Part shown: positions 35,341 to 51,042 of the stretch, one piece after another
Numbering within the stretch: position 1 is the stretch's first letter
How the letters are laid out: every line of letters starts with the position of its first letter
Assembly (NCBI RefSeq): GCF_006345805.1
Contig: NW_021832861.1
Span: 59,623 to 123,622, forward strand
Reading direction: 5' to 3'
Source of the DNA: Octopus sinensis
Taxonomy: Eukaryota
DNA length: 64,000 nucleotides
The notes under the pieces: generated by a model
Seen by the model: the letters and a program-made list of their open reading frames with translations, nothing else
Told to the model about the DNA's origin: nothing
Database searches by the model: none
Translations under genes and position numbers: made by a program

Positions 35341-36254
35341 TTCTGCCAGCTCATGTCTACGTAACTTTGCGATAAGGCAAAAAAAAAACGGTTTTAAAAT
35401 GTCCTGGGTTCGATGTGTTCGACCAAACCCTTCACAGCAGTGCTCCAGCATGGCTGCAGTGCGACGTCTGAAAGAAAATAATTAAAAGATATTAAAAAAA
35501 AGCGATGTAAACTCTGCTTTGACTATTATCAATCGATGTTAGAATTACTTCGTTCAAAGTTTCTGATACTCAGCCAACATGCAAATAGATTGGATAGAAT
35601 ATTTTCGTAGGGATCAGGAATGCAGGTTTTGCAGGGTTTTAGAAGTAGAACAGTTGGAGGGTTGTTCTATGCTGCTTCATAGACATCGTCGTCGTTATTG
35701 TGCTGCTGGTGGTTGTTGTATTTGTAGTCCTCGTCATTGCCGTAGTGATTGGCAGTCGTCGTGGCAGCAGTGAGGGTGGTCGCTGTAGAGGTGGCAGCGG
35801 TGGTTGTGGTGGTTGTGGTGGTGGTGGTGGTGGTGGTGTGGCGGTGGTTGTTAGCCAATTGTGTAATGGAAATTAATATTAGTTAATTACAAGAGTAAGA
35901 CGTTGTTGTTGGCGCTCTGTCCTCAGGCAGTATGACTATTCATCGTGTATTGATTGCGAATCTTGGAAGGTATTCTTTGTCCGACGAAGCAGCAGAGGTT
36001 AGACGGCGGGGGAGGGGTGGAGGGAAAGAGAGCGAGGGAGTGAGACTCACATGCATAAATGCATGAACAGGTACAGACACACACATGTAGGCATGGGTCC
36101 GTATATGTGTATAATATCCATGATACGGAAGTGATATTTGAAATACATTTCGATTAAGTAGTTTATATAATTACGAATGTATATATATACATCCGTTTCT
36201 GCGCTCCTCTCAACATTTCTCTGTATCTACCAAACTACCAACCTATCTAACCTC

Positions 36255-36570
<316 letters not shown>

Positions 36571-36623
36571 CTATCTGTTTGAAGAAGGCTATAGCTGAAT
36601 ATATGTGAGTGTAGATATATATG

Positions 36624-36657
<34 letters not shown>

Positions 36658-36735
36658 ATATGTATATGCACACATATACATATTTATATATATGATACAT
36701 ACTCATATAAGTATATATATATATACTTATGTAAG

Positions 36736-36790
<55 letters not shown>

Positions 36791-37715
36791 ATCTATGTGT
36801 ATGTCAGTGTGTGTATGTATGTATGTATGTAAATATGTATATACGTATATATGTACACACACACACATTTATATATACATGTGCGCGTGTACCTTCCTTC
36901 GAACCTTCGACAGGTGTCTTTTATCTTTCACCCCTACGACTTTCAATCTTTGGACTGCGGCCATACTGGGGCACCTCCTTGATGAGCTTTAGTCGAACGA
37001 ATCTATCCCACTACATATTATTTTCTTAAGGCGGTGATGTATTTTCTTGGTCATTTTTACCGAATCGCTATGTTAGAGGGATGGAAATACGCTAGTACCG
37101 GCTGTCAACACACACACACACACAAACAGACATCCATACATATATATATATATACATATATATATATATGCAACAAGCTTCTTTCAGTTTCCGTCTACCA
37201 AATCCGCTTAAGGCTTTGGTCAGCCCGAAACTTTAGTAGAAATTATTAGCTCAAGGTGGTTCCCCAGTGGGACTGAACCTGCAACTATATGGCTGGAAAG
37301 CAAGCTCTTTACCACGCAGCCACACATACTACAGACTACTAATAACTATTGCCAATGAATGCATTAAGAGTGAACTCGGTCGACGGAAAATATGAAGCGG
37401 GCCGCTGTGTGTCTCTCTCTCACATTGATGCTTGACCACTGGTTTTGGTTTGTTTATCTTGCTGTGACTTAGCTGTTCGTCAGAAAACAGCCCGATGGAA
37501 TAAGTACCAAATTTAAGTAAGAACTGGGGTCGATTTATTCGACACCCTTACAAGGCTTCACTCCAATGCGTGAAGTATGTAAGAGAGAATATGTGTGTGT
37601 GAGTGTGTGTGTATTATACTACCTTATCTATCTGTCAATCTGTCTGTCTATGGATCTATCTACCTATCTATCTACCTGTCTATCTACCTATCGATCTATC
37701 TATCTACCTACCTAC

Positions 37716-37811
<96 letters not shown>

Positions 37812-37932
37812 GTTTTAGTCACCTGATGAGACACCTGACTTTTCATGATGTAAATGAATTATTCATCAATAGAAAAGGGTCAAAATGGGTCTGAAATAGC
37901 TGTTCTAGATACTTAACGTGTTCTTATTTGAT

Positions 37933-37969
<37 letters not shown>

Positions 37970-38153
37970 AAGCTTCACGAACATTATTAGACATTCAAAC
38001 ACGCATATATGTGTAATGCTTATATATATATAAGTGTATGTATGTATACATATAGATAAATACACTCATATACATAGGTACATGTTTGTATCGTTGTTAG
38101 TACATTGGCAGCGATCGTTGATGTCGTACACTTTATTATTATTAATATTATTA

Positions 38154-38215
<62 letters not shown>

Positions 38216-38216
38216 T

Positions 38217-38280
<64 letters not shown>

Positions 38281-39037
38281 CAGCAGCAAGACAACAGTTG
38301 TTTTGCGTTTACCAATATTATTTAATTAGTCTGTCTTCGTTCCTTTTACTACCGTTGTTGATATTTACGACACGTTACATTTGCTGTTCTTTCGTCCATT
38401 TGGTTTTTCCAGTATATATATTTTGCTTATTTTCCCCCTTTTTTGTCTTTTAACTGTTTTATACCTTTATTTCTTATGTTATTGGTTCCTGTTAGTTTTC
38501 ATATAAACACACATTATTTGTTACAAGAAAAATCCCACACTATCCGCAAACACTGCACTACAAATTTCTCCCATGCGCCACATATACAAACCAGAAAACT
38601 TTAATTAAATAGACCGTGTTATCCTATGTCATTCCACCTTTAACACGGTAACTTAGTAAATCAACTCAAATTAAACAAATTTAGGGGGTGACGACGGGGC
38701 GCTGAACATACACTACTCGTTAGGTGTTTCCAGAGAAGCACAAACACACACGCATGTACGTATTTGAACGGACGTGTATGTCTGTCTGTCTCTGTGTGTG
38801 TATCTCTATATGTATGTATGTATACATATATATATATATAGGCATGTATGTCTATGTCTACACATACATACATATATATTATATATATGTATGAACATAT
38901 ATATGTGTATATATATATACATATATATACATTCACATACATATATATACACACGCTTCTATATACATGTATGATATATATTTATCTATATACGTATGTA
39001 TATATATATATTTAACATACAGTCGTGTAAAAATATA

Positions 39038-39091
<54 letters not shown>

Positions 39092-39563
39092 TACACACAC
39101 GCACGCACACATGTGTGCATGCACATACACATATACATAAGTATATATATATATATATATATAAATATGCAGAGAGAATATGGACATGTATATAGATTTG
39201 TGTGTTTCTATAATGTATGGATAACGTATGAATGTATGTATATACGTATGTGTGTGTTTGTGTGTGTATGTGTGTGTGGGCGTGTGAGTGTGTGTGTGAA
39301 TGGGTGAGTCTATTCCATGTCAGAGGAAGTGCCTTTGTGCCATTTCAAGAAGCGTAACCTAGCACTGCGACATAGATATATCGACAAAACATAGGACCAA
39401 TGTGGTCGATATGATTATCTAAACCATTGAAACTCTGCCCCAGCATGGCCAGTGTCAGATGCCCGAAACTAGCAAATTATTTGTGTATGGAGATGCACAT
39501 ACATTTGCGAATTTATATATGTACATATGGATATACGTGCACATGAGTATGTGTGTGAGTGTG

Positions 39564-39597
<34 letters not shown>

Positions 39598-40084
39598 AGT
39601 GGCAAGTGACTTGCTTTCCGAGCATGCGTGTATCTGTGGTTTCTTTACAGTGAGAGGAGTCTTGATACTGGTGTGCAGTGTCGTGAATTATTGAACTAGT
39701 GAAGCGCAACTGCAAGGTAAAGCATTCGTTTTTTGGAGGAGGGGATTCAGTGGGGGTTTGTTGTTTTGTGTTTATTTTTCTTCCAACAAGAAATCTCTAC
39801 CGGATCCCGGGCATTTGTCTGCCTGTAGTTGCGCTTAGTGTCTCACTTACCGCTGAGAAGTGTGTTTTGGGGCCGTATCCCGCCTCCAAAAATTGTGGAA
39901 TTTTTTTCACCAATTATTGGTGAAATTTGTGGATCTATGTTCCTGTTGCTATTTGGAGTACTAGTTGGCCACAGAGTTGTGGTCGCTGTGTTCCTGAACT
40001 GTGTGCTGTTTTTCTTGAACTATTTTCTTTCCTTCTACCTTCTTTTTTGTCTCTTTTTCTGACTTTCTTTTGAACTTTTTCATC

Positions 40085-40430
40085 TAAAAAACATGGCGAA
40101 GAAACTAGACACTGTGTTGGAGTGGGAGATTGTCCCACCCAAAGAGTGGGTGAAAGACTTGGAAGAGAGGACGGTGGTGTTGAGGACACCATCACCGTTT
40201 ACAAGAAAATTGAAATAGTTGGCAGAGTGTCTGCCAATCAAAAAATTTATTTCCAGGGTGCCAAATATGCAACCGTGTGGTTGCTGTTTAACACCCCCGA
40301 GGAGGCTCGCAGGTTTGTCAGCCAGCCCTTGGAAGGGCAAGAGATTCTGTTTCTTCGCACATTTTGCGGGAAGTTAACAAGAGCTTGGATCTGCGGGTTG
40401 CCACATGGAATGAAACCCAAGTGAATTGAA
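40085..40430 (+). mobile_element. Probable LINE ORF1 (RRM-like) fragment
   Basis: ORF 40122-40424 (..YATVWLLFNTPEEARRF..AWICGLP) resembles Tx1/L1 ORF1 RRM segments; resemblance only. Confidence 0.35.
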
Positions 40431-40499
40431 GATACTATCCGCCGGGGTTTGGGTGGCAGCGGATCCAAGCTGCTAAATATGAAAATGTTTCCGGCAGCT

Positions 40500-41357
40500 T
40501 TTGCAAAAGCTGCTTTGACTTTTTGCCGATAGGCAAAGATTAACATTGAACTCTGTTGTGCATGCGCACTAAGTTTTAACGTTCTAGCTCACTTCCGCTG
40601 TTTACACTAGTGCTTGGAAGGAAGGTGTGTAGCGTGTGATCGTCGCATTGACCATGACAGAGAAAGTTTTCATGGCATAACTACACAGAGGCCTGCGCAA
40701 AGTTGCAGAAAGTATTTGGAGAGGAGTGTATGAACCGCTCACAAGTGTACGAGCGTTTCAGACGTTTCCAAGATGGCCGAAAAAATGTCGATATTGACGA
40801 AAGTTCTGGGAGACCTGCAACTAGCAGAACTGAGAAAAACCTCGCATATTTAAGTCCAGTTGTGAAAGGAAATCGTCGGATCACCATCCGTGAGTTATGA
40901 GAGGATGTGCAGATTCTTTACGGTTCAGATCAGTTCATTATCACTGAAGATCTGGATATGAGACGCGTATTTGTCAAGTTTGTTACAAAGCTGCTTTGAA
41001 CTGACCAAAAAAGACTCGGGTTTCTGTTGCACAAGATTTCCTTGATTGTGCCGAGAGTTATGGAAAGTTTTTGAAAACTTTGCGTAGGTCTCTGAGCAGG
41101 TATCGCCAAGCGTTTTTGCAAAATTTGGGACATATTCTCTGTTCAGTTCTCTCTGTGATGCTCGTTGCGACAATCACACGCTACACACGTTCCTTACAAG
41201 CAATTCTGTAAACAGCAGAAGAGAAATAAATACGTTGAAACTTAGTGCGCATGCATAGCAGAATTCATGGTGAATCTGTGCCAAGCGGCTTTACCCTGCG
41301 TGCTTTAGCTTCGTTACTATGGCAACAATCCGGATACTTATTGATCAGACCACGTAT
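40500..41357. mobile_element. Rearranged mariner derivative with inverted arms
   Basis: KVFGEECMNRSQVYERFRRFQDGR..SGRP..RRITIREL forward. Inverted copy of the 5' region at 41085-41357 ending in TIR GATCAGACCACGTA. Confidence 0.8.
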
Positions 41358-41819
41358 AATAAGATCGACACACAGACACCAGTTCAGTGTCACACACATA
41401 CAGAGCTATACATACACGAACGCACACACTAACAATAACAGAGGGGGAAAGCTACACACATTAACATGAACACGCACACACACGCTCACAAACGTAAGCA
41501 CATACATACATACATGCACACACACACATGCGTTCACAACAACAACAAATACACACACATTTATCACAGAATCTAGTCTTTACTATGCACCCCCCCCCCC
41601 ACTAGGCCACAAAACATAAAAAAAGCACGAAGAAAACGTAAACATATCACGAATTTAAAACAAAACACGCGAATAAACAAAAACATAAACAAATTAACTA
41701 ATAAATAACGTAAGAAACACCAAAGGAAAATAAAACAACAACAAAAAATATACAAATTAATATAAATAAAACGCTCAGCAAGATGTATACACGCACAAGA
41801 CCTCTTCAGAATTGTCACT

Positions 41820-42240
41820 ATGTATACACACACACACACACGGACACACACACACACACATGCACGCACACACATGCACACACACACATGCACACACACA
41901 CACAAACACATACACATATGCACACACACACATACGCACACACACACGCACATGCGCACACATATGCACACACACACATGCACACACACAAACACACACA
42001 CACATGCACACACACACACACAAACACACATTAACACACACACACACATGCACACACACACACGCGCACACAGACGCACATGCGTACACACATACACAGT
42101 CATGCACACACAAACACACAAACACACATGCACACACAGAGACATGCTCGCACACACATGCACGCACACACGCACGCACACACACACATGCACATACACA
42201 CACACAAATGCACACACACACACACACACACACACAGACA
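41820..42240. repeat. Degenerate (CA)n/(CATG) microsatellite
   Basis: Direct reading. Confidence 0.95.
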
Positions 42241-42454
42241 TGAACGCACAAGACAAGAAGCTTTGCAGAGTTGTCTCTCCTTTGTTGTCTGCCGCAAAAT
42301 CTTCGTTCCTCTCCAAACATTTGCATTGCTTTTAAATCTCGTAAAAGTGTTTTATAAGCAGACATTTATTGTCACCATCTACGCTTCGAGTCCTCATTAA
42401 CAACATGGCGGTTTATGTATTATATAAAGCTTTCCCTCGCTTTTTCTTTATCTC

Positions 42455-42498
<44 letters not shown>

Positions 42499-42548
42499 CC
42501 TCTCTGTCTGTCTCTCTCTTTCTTTATCACAAATCATATTATATAACA

Positions 42549-42581
<33 letters not shown>

Positions 42582-42597
42582 GTTATTATTGTTATTA

Positions 42598-42634
<37 letters not shown>

Positions 42635-43084
42635 AATTATTATTATTATTATTGTTGTTGTTTTTATCTGTCGGGCGGTGAGCTGGCAGAACCATTAGCA
42701 AAATGCTTGATAGCATTTCACCCGTGTTTACGTTGTGAGTTCAAAATCCGCCGGAGTCGACTTTGCCTTTCATCTTTTCGGTGTCGATAAAATAAATTTC
42801 TCTTGGCCATTAGTTTCAATGTAATCGACTTGACCCTTGCCCCGATATTGCTAGCATTGTGACAAAATTTGAAACTATTATTATCATTCTATGTTTGACA
42901 TTTGTTTTACATTTGTACAAGTTGGCTCCAAGTCTCACCCAGAGACCTCAAGAGACAACAGCTTGGAATTTCGTGATGTTGTTATGCCTAGTGTGCCATA
43001 TATTTGGTTTTGTATTTAGTGTTGTACTAGTGAATGTCAAAAAGAAAAAAACCCCGAAAACTATGATTTTGTTTTAAAACTTGA

Positions 43085-43680
43085 GATTACATAGAAAGTA
43101 TTTTGCGTAGGATATGAGCAGTTCCCATGAGCACTATCTTTTGAATTTCTGCCATTTTGGGGTTTCCTGGTATCTGAGTTAGGTAGCGATCAGCCCCTTT
43201 TGCTATCATTCCCAGGGCACCTATGACAACAGGTATTGTTTTAGTCTTCAGGTTCCACATTTTGCTGATTTATATTTCAAGATCTTTATATTTGCTCAGT
43301 TTTTGGTAGGTCTTGACAGATACGTTTATATCGATAGGGACATTCATATCAATGAGGAGGCATGTTCTTTGTCTGAAGTCTTTCAATATGATGTCTGGCC
43401 TATTTGCATCTATCTTCTGTCAGTTTGAATGGGGAAGCTCCAGAGGAGTGAGATGTGGTCATTTTCAAGCACTGGAGGTGGTTTGTGTTCCCACCAGTTT
43501 TTTTTCATGGGGCAAATCCAGGTTTTTTCAGATTACCCAGTGGATATATTGTGCAGCTCCATCATGCCTGTTGAGATACTCTGTAGGCGCTAGAAGACTG
43601 CACTTGGAGACAACATGATCAATGGTTTCATTTTGTTGTTGACATACACGACATGTTGGGCTACTGCCTGGTAGTTGGCC
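43085..43680 (-). mobile_element. 3' end of RLE-type LINE (R4/Dong/HERO-like)
   Basis: CRVCQQQNETIDHVVSKC..YLNRHD, then DMNVPID..KYKDLEIEISKMWNLKT..VVIGALG. Confidence 0.8.
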
Positions 43681-44063
43681 TGGTAGTTCCTTGTTGGTAG
43701 ATAAGATGCTACCGAGTTTGACTTCGCCTTTCATCCCTTCGGGAATGATAAAATTAATACCAGTCAAATATTGGGGTGTCAATGTCATCAACTTTCCCTC
43801 TCTTTAAAAATTGCTGGCGGTGTTGATAAATTTGAAATCATTTAAGGCGGTGAGTGTCAGAACCGGAAGCACTGCAGACCCAACGCTTAGTGGCATTTCG
43901 TCTGTCTTTGGTTGCTGAGTTCTAATTCCGCCAAGGTCGACTTTGCCCTTCATCCTTCGGGGTTGATGAAATAAATACTAGTTGAATACGGGGTGGATGT
44001 AATTTTGCCCAAAATTTAAGGCGTTCTGCCTATAGTAGAAAGGTTGTTGTTGTTATTATTATT

Positions 44064-44094
<31 letters not shown>

Positions 44095-45479
44095 AGTGAG
44101 AGAGAGCAGTGCATGCCCTCGAAGTGACACTGGAGCAAAATATACGAAGCCCAGTATACCCCGTCATGATTACACGTCCGATAAGGCTACACCAGGCACA
44201 TGCATTACAACCATATGCGCGCGACATAATGCTCTCATATCAAGATAAACAGCGCATGACCTTGCGGGTGGAGCCCAGTTGGAATTTTCTTCACATCCAG
44301 TAACCCATTCCGCCCTGAATAAGGACTGTTTCAGAGTGTTGAACGAAACACCCATGTTTCCAGAGGTGAATTATTGAAACCCCAAAGAATAATTCCTTTC
44401 AACACATGGCTATGATGCTCCCCCATTATTATTATGCATTTATGTGTGTGTGTGTGTATATGTGCATGGTTGTACCTTGAAATGATCCTTTTCTTACCAA
44501 TGAAAATACACGCACTGGTCATATTTCCCCTCTGTTTTTATTTTTATTATTATTATTGTTGTTGTTGTTGTTGTTGTTATTATTTTTATTCAAGTACAAA
44601 CTAAGCAACCAATTATTTGCTGAAACGTTTCGCCACACTCCAGGCGTTAGCCTGTAACCTTATTGATGACGTGTTTCTAATTACTCGACTCTTGAGAGCA
44701 GATACGTTTATTCCATCGATAAGGTTGTGATGAAAGGACCCATTCAAACTTAAATCCTAGATACAGCTGCTTAAATAAGATGAAGATCCTTCGATGGTCG
44801 ATAAAATAAAGTACCAACCCCTGTGTCGGCTAAATTCGTTTTTATCGAACCTGAACAAACGAAAAGCTAAGTTCGTTCCGGTGCGATTACAATTGAAAAT
44901 ATAAGAAGTTGACAAAAACGCCAGGCTCTATTTTCTCTGTCTGTCTGTCTCTGTTCTTCTCTCTCTCTCTCCCCTCTCTCTTACCCACTCTCTCTTTGTA
45001 CACACAAACACGCAAACATATTATACACATACACACACACACACTCATGCGCGCACAAACCCACACACCAGTACACACACACGTGCGCGCACGTGATTCG
45101 TTTCTTTGGCAGTATGTGGTTCTGAGTGAGAACTGGCTGCTATTTCTAACAGGTTCTGGAACCTCTTTCATCAGATTCTGATTTTGTGTAGAATGAGTGA
45201 AATTTGACTTATTCTTCTAGCAGAGCATAGGTCCGCCAACGATTAACGTAGTTCTGTGGCTTCAGTGTGTGTCTTGACTACTATTTCTAGCAGTGAACGA
45301 TATTACACAGTTTACGAATAACGTTTCTTACCCAACGCTGATCGAACCTGGATCTTTCCGCTTTGCCTCTTCCCGCGCTAACCATTCTGCCATGTCTCGT
45401 AGATAAAAGTTTTACGAGAAAATAAATAAAAAGAAATTAATTAAAATGGCTGACGGGTTTCATCGTAAATTTGTTGTTG

Positions 45480-47060
45480 CCATTATTGTTATTGTTGCTT
45501 TTGTTGTTGTTGTTGGTGGTGGTGATGGCAACGGTGGTATTGATGTATGTTCTGCTACATGTGGTAGTGGTGGTGGTCGTGGTTTTGGAACTGGTATTAG
45601 TGGCGCTCTAGGTGTTGTCGTTGTTGTTGTTGTTGTTGGTGGTGGTGGTGTTAGCGGTGCAGGTGAAGGTCGTCGAAATGGCGGTGATGTTGGTGGTAGC
45701 GGTGGTGGGGATGGTGGAAGTGGTGTTGGTGGTGAGGGGGTGTCGGTGATGGTGGTGATGGCGATGGTAAAGGTTATGGGGATGCTGGTACTGGCGTTGT
45801 TCATGTTCATTGTGGTGGTGGTGGCGACGCAGGTCGTGGCGGTGGGGGTGTTGTGGTTATGATGGTGGCTGTGTGGTGGTAGTTGCGAAGAGTGAAAAGG
45901 TGATGGTGCGAGTAATGTTGATGTTGATGTTGCAGTACTTTCTGTGTATTTAGCATGTTGAGAAAGAAAGACAGAGAAGTTGAGAAAGAGAGAGAGAGGA
46001 ATACAGGCGACAGACAGACACATATACGGAAAGAGGGAGGGGAGAGAGAGAAACAGAGAGAGAGAGAGAGGGGAGAGACGGAGGGAAGGAGAACGATGGA
46101 GAGAGAAAGAGGGATATATAAACGGAGAGAGAGGGAAATAAACGCAAAGAGAGAGAGAAAGATAAACACAAAGTGCTAGGGAGAAGATGAGGGAGGGAGA
46201 GAGGAAGAGAAGGGAAGAGAGTGGGAGAGAGGGCGAGAAAGGGAAGGAAGATAGGGGAAGAGAAAGGGAGAGGGAAGAGAGAGAGAGGAGGTGAGGATGA
46301 AAGAAGGGAGAAACAGAGAGAGAGAGAGAGAGACAAAGGAGGGAGAAAGATGGAGAGAAAGAAGGAAAGAGAGACGGAGAGAGAGAGGAGGGATATATTG
46401 AGAGAGATAGGAGGAGAGAGGGGGTGAGAGAAGCGAGAAAGAGACAGACACAAATATATAAAGGGAGATATTAGAGGGAGAGAGAAAGGGAGATAGAGAG
46501 CGTGGGAGTGGCAATTGACACCCCAGTAGTTAACTGGTACTTTATTGACATCGAAAGCAATAAGGGCAAAGTCGATTCTAGGGTGGAGGTGGACTTGTAT
46601 TCAGAGGGGAGATGGTGGGGAACGAAGCAACCAAAGGCTCAGTATTTGACAATCAACCGGCGTGGTGGCCGTGGTTATGGTTGTGATAGTGGTGGTGGTG
46701 GTGTGGTGGTGGTGGTGGAGATAGTTGTTGAGCATGACATTAAGAGGATTGCTGACACTGATGATGATGATGGTTGTGGTGGAGGTGGTCATGATGATGA
46801 TGATGACGGTTGTGAAGATGATGATGATGGTGGTGGTTGTGATGATGATGATGACAACGACAGTTGTAATGATGATGATAGTAGTGGTGGTGGTGGTGGT
46901 GGTGCAGGTGATGAAAAAGGAGGCACATGTAAATGATGACAATGGTAATGTTGATGAGGACGATGATGGTGATAATGGTGATGGTGGGTGATATTATGAT
47001 GTGCTGCCATCTCATCTCCACTCCCATACCACCACCACCACCACCACCACCACCAAAGTC
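45480..47060. repeat. Low-complexity block: (GGT/GTT/GAT)n and GA-rich polypurine tract
   Basis: Direct reading; the polypurine tract spans ~45960-46500. Confidence 0.9.
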
Positions 47061-47766
47061 TTCCCCTTCTGCTCCTTCTCGCCCCAACTGCATCATCCTC
47101 GTTTCCCGGGTTAATCGGTGGAAGCTGCGCCGTTGGTGAACATGGTATCCGTATCAGCTCTTTTCTTCTTTTTTGCCCTCTTCTTTTTATACATACTGCT
47201 GCTCACCTGGGAGACGCAACATCCCCACCACCACCACCAGCAACAACAATAACAGCAATGTTATCCTTATTATTATTAATGCTTGTCCATTGGCTCAGAA
47301 ACCATTCATAACTACATGATCATCGAATATAATTCGGCGACGAGTTTTGCCATAAACCAACAGCAAACGTCCTCAACCATAACTCACCGCGCGCCTGGCA
47401 TATATGCGCACATATATGTACATATATGCACACACATACATACACACGCACACTCACACATGCATTACACGCATGTACATCGTACGTACGCGCATGCACA
47501 AATACACATAGACACGCACACACACACATTCAAAACTTGCCAGCAAGCCAGTAGAACCAACCTCGGTTTTTAAGCACTATTTTCTAAACCTGAGAAAACC
47601 AACTAGGTGGACATCACAAATAAGCGTCCCCTTTTTTCCACCCCTTCCCACCCCCACTTAAATATATCACCGTCTCCTGGTGGGGTGGGGGGCGTTATCG
47701 CTCACTTTGGGAACCACTTTTCTATGTAGTCACTCTCTGTATTAAAAATAATAGCCAAAATTTTAC

Positions 47767-48291
47767 TTGAATCACACCTAACCTATTTCTTTACTACCCA
47801 CAAGGGGCTAAACACAGAGAGGACAAACAAGGACAGACAAACGGATTAAGTCGATTAGATCGACCCTAATGCGTAACTGGTACTTAATTTATCGACCCCG
47901 AAAGGATGAAAGGCAAAGTCGACCTTGGCGGAATTTGAACTCAGAACGTAGCAGCAGACGAAATACTGATAAGCATTCTGCCCGGCGTGCTAACGCTTCT
48001 GCCAGCTCCTCGCCGCCTTTTTGAATCACACCTAACCTATTTCTTTACTACCCACAAGGGGCTAAACACAGAGAGGACAAACAAGGACAGACAAACGGAT
48101 TAAGTCGATTATATCGACCCCAATGCGTAATTGGTACTTAATTTATCGACCCCGAAAGGATGAAAGGCAAAGTCGATCTCGGCAGAATTTGAACTCAAAA
48201 CGTAACGGCAGACGAAATACGGCTACGCATTTTGCCCGGCGTGCTAACGTTTCTGCCAGCTCCTCGCCGCCTTTTTGAATCATACCTAACC
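47767..48291 (-). mobile_element. Tandem dimer of family-1 SINE, 254-bp period
   Basis: Two full reverse copies; TTGAATCA(C/T)ACCTAACC occurs at 47767, 48021 and 48275. Confidence 0.85.
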
Positions 48292-48764
48292 GTTTACGCT
48301 TACACCCGGAGAACGTAATATATGATATGACGCCAGCAATTTTAGATGGAGGGGTCAGTCGATAACGTCAATAAAAAGACATACGAAGACAGTGTTGCAT
48401 GTGTCCAGATACGCTCCATTACATTGACTTTCCTAATGGTGGATGTCATTTTTATTGGATTTAAATTTTCATTCTAAATATTCAATTCTTTAAAGATTTA
48501 ACGTTTCTTAGAATACGCAAACGTTGTAGAATATATTTATTGTTTGTAAATTTATAAATTATGTAAAAAAAAAAATCTTATGTGAATTATTTTGCATTGT
48601 TATATATGTTGTTATGTGTGTTTTATTTCTTTTTTTTTTTTTTACTTGTTTCAATCATTGGATAGCGGAACACCGGCTCGAAGGATTTAGTGGGAGAAAT
48701 CATCACCAGTACTTATTATCATCATCATCACCGTCATTATTATTATTATTATTATTATTATTAA

Positions 48765-49160
48765 AGGCGGCGAGCTGGCAGAATCGTTAGCAGGCCGAGC
48801 GAAATGCTTAGCGGTATTTCGTCTGCCGATACGTTCTGAGTTCAAATTCCGCCGAGGTCGACTTTGCCTTCCATCCTTTCAGGGTCGATAAATTAAGTAC
48901 CAGTTACGCTCTGGGGTCGACGTAATCGACGTAATCCCTTTGTCTGTCCTTGTTTTTCCCCTCTGTGTGTAGCCCCTTGTGGGCATTAAAGAAATAAGAA
49001 TCGTTAACACGCCGGGTGAAATGCTTAACAGTATTTCTCCCGTTGCTCCGTTCTGAGTTCAAATTCCGCCGAGATTGACTTTGCCTTTCATCCTTTCGGG
49101 GTCGATAAAGTAAGTGCCAGTTGAACAATGGAGTCGTTGTAATACACTCATCCCCTCCCT
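48765..49160 (+). mobile_element. Family-1 SINE copies
   Basis: Full head/core/tail followed by a second partial copy. Confidence 0.85.
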
Positions 49161-49399
49161 TGGCAAAATTTGAAAACATTATTATTGTTGTTGGTGTTTT
49201 TATTATCGCTGTTGTTACTGCTGTTGTTGGCGGTGTCTGATACCTACGCTATCGGTCTTTTTTGTCGAACCACTAAGTTACGGGGAAGTAGACAAATCAG
49301 CAACATTTGTCAAGCGTTGATAGGAGTCAAAAGATGACGAAAACCTTTTCTAAACAGGCAACACTAATGGGTATTTTTTATTTTTTTATTGTCTTACTT

Positions 49400-50135
49400 C
49401 ATATTTTCCAGATGACCGGTCGCTTGACTGTCGAGGGGCGAGCTAAGATTGCAGCACGCTATGAAGTGTGGAATTCCATTGTTTTGATTCAGAGATGGTG
49501 GCGTCCAACACTACGTCCGGAGACAATAAAATGTTGTCATGCAAAGCTGATGACCATGGGGCTCTGTGAACGATGCAAGAAGTGGCCCTCCATCCACATC
49601 CCGATCAGCGGAGAACGTGGCAACAGTGCAGAAAATGTTTAATCACAGCATGCAAAAATCAGCGTCAAACAGCTCGTAAAAGTGGACTAAGAAGACTGCC
49701 AATACGTACGGTGTTACATAAAGAAGAGAATTTTCGCCCGTGGAAACCCCATTATGTGTAGGAACTAAAACCCGAAGACTGTGACTGCAGAAGTCCAAAG
49801 TCTAGAACTTTAAGAAGTCCAGATCTCACTCCATGTGATTTTCACCTGTGGTGTTACACAAAAGAGGTGTTCGAGACAAAACCTTGCACAGGGGAGGACT
49901 TGGGGACACGGATTCAGGAGGTTCTCAATGATATCCCAGACGACGTCCTTCCGAAGGTTCTTCATCCTATCCCTGGCCGTTTGAGGAAAATGGTTCACGC
50001 TACCGGTGCTTACTTTGAAATACGAAGATTTACTTTCATTTTAAAGAACATGTATCATTTGTTTCAAAATTTGTAAAACGAATATGAATTTTATTACCAA
50101 TTTTTAATGCCTAATTACTTTTCACCCACCCTGTA
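49400..50135 (+). mobile_element. Internally deleted Tc1/mariner-superfamily element
   Basis: MTGRLTVEGRAKIAARYEVWNSIVLIQRWW HTH-like start, SPDLTP(C)DF..W-like segment at ~49817-49850, terminal CCTAATTACTTTTCACCCACCCTGTA. Confidence 0.65.
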
Positions 50136-51009
50136 ATTAAGATCAAGGCTGACCTTCATTTCAAGCTTCACCTATCGGATTCTTCAACGTGTGTGTGTGT
50201 GTGTGTGTGTGTGTATACATATATGTGCATGCATATATGTATATATACATGTGCATGAATATATACACATACGAGTGCATGTGCGTGAGTGTGTGTTTGC
50301 CTGTGTTTGTCTCTCCTGCCACCGCTTTTGACAGCCCGATGAAAATAAGTGCCAGGATTTAAGAATTAAAGAAGCAGAGATTTGATCAACTAAACTCTCA
50401 AAACGGTGCTCCAGCATGACCATTAATCCCCTGATTGAAACAAGTGAAAGATCAATAGTAATAAAATGTGGCCACAGCGGGATTTGATCACAGAAGGCAG
50501 GGACCCGTAATAAATATCCAGATTATAGATATTCTAAAATTCTAGTGACTTTGCCAAATCGTCACCTGTTAATTACGAAATTGAAATCTTTAAAAGTAAA
50601 CACACACATACATGCACACACGCAAAGAGAGAGAGAGAGAGAGAGAGAGCGGAGAGAGAGAGATGGGGGAGAGCAGCATGGTCATTGATGAGTAATTAAA
50701 AATTTAGTCGTTCAAAGAGGTTTCGTTATCGACACTAGAATGCCGCTATCGCAAAGATGACAATGCACATTAAGATCATTATCATAATTTATACAAATAA
50801 ATATTTGTAATGTAACGCTGTCTTCTCTTTAAAGTGGGTGCGATTTTATGATAAGGTAACGACGTCAAGGAAGAAAGTGTGTGTACGTGTGTATGTTTAT
50901 ATGTGTGTGTGTAGTGCGTATATATATATATATGTGTCTATGTTCATTTACATATGTATGTGTGTATATATAGGTATATGATATATACATACATATATAT
51001 ATGTGTGTG

Positions 51010-51039
<30 letters not shown>

Positions 51040-51042
<3 letters not shown>

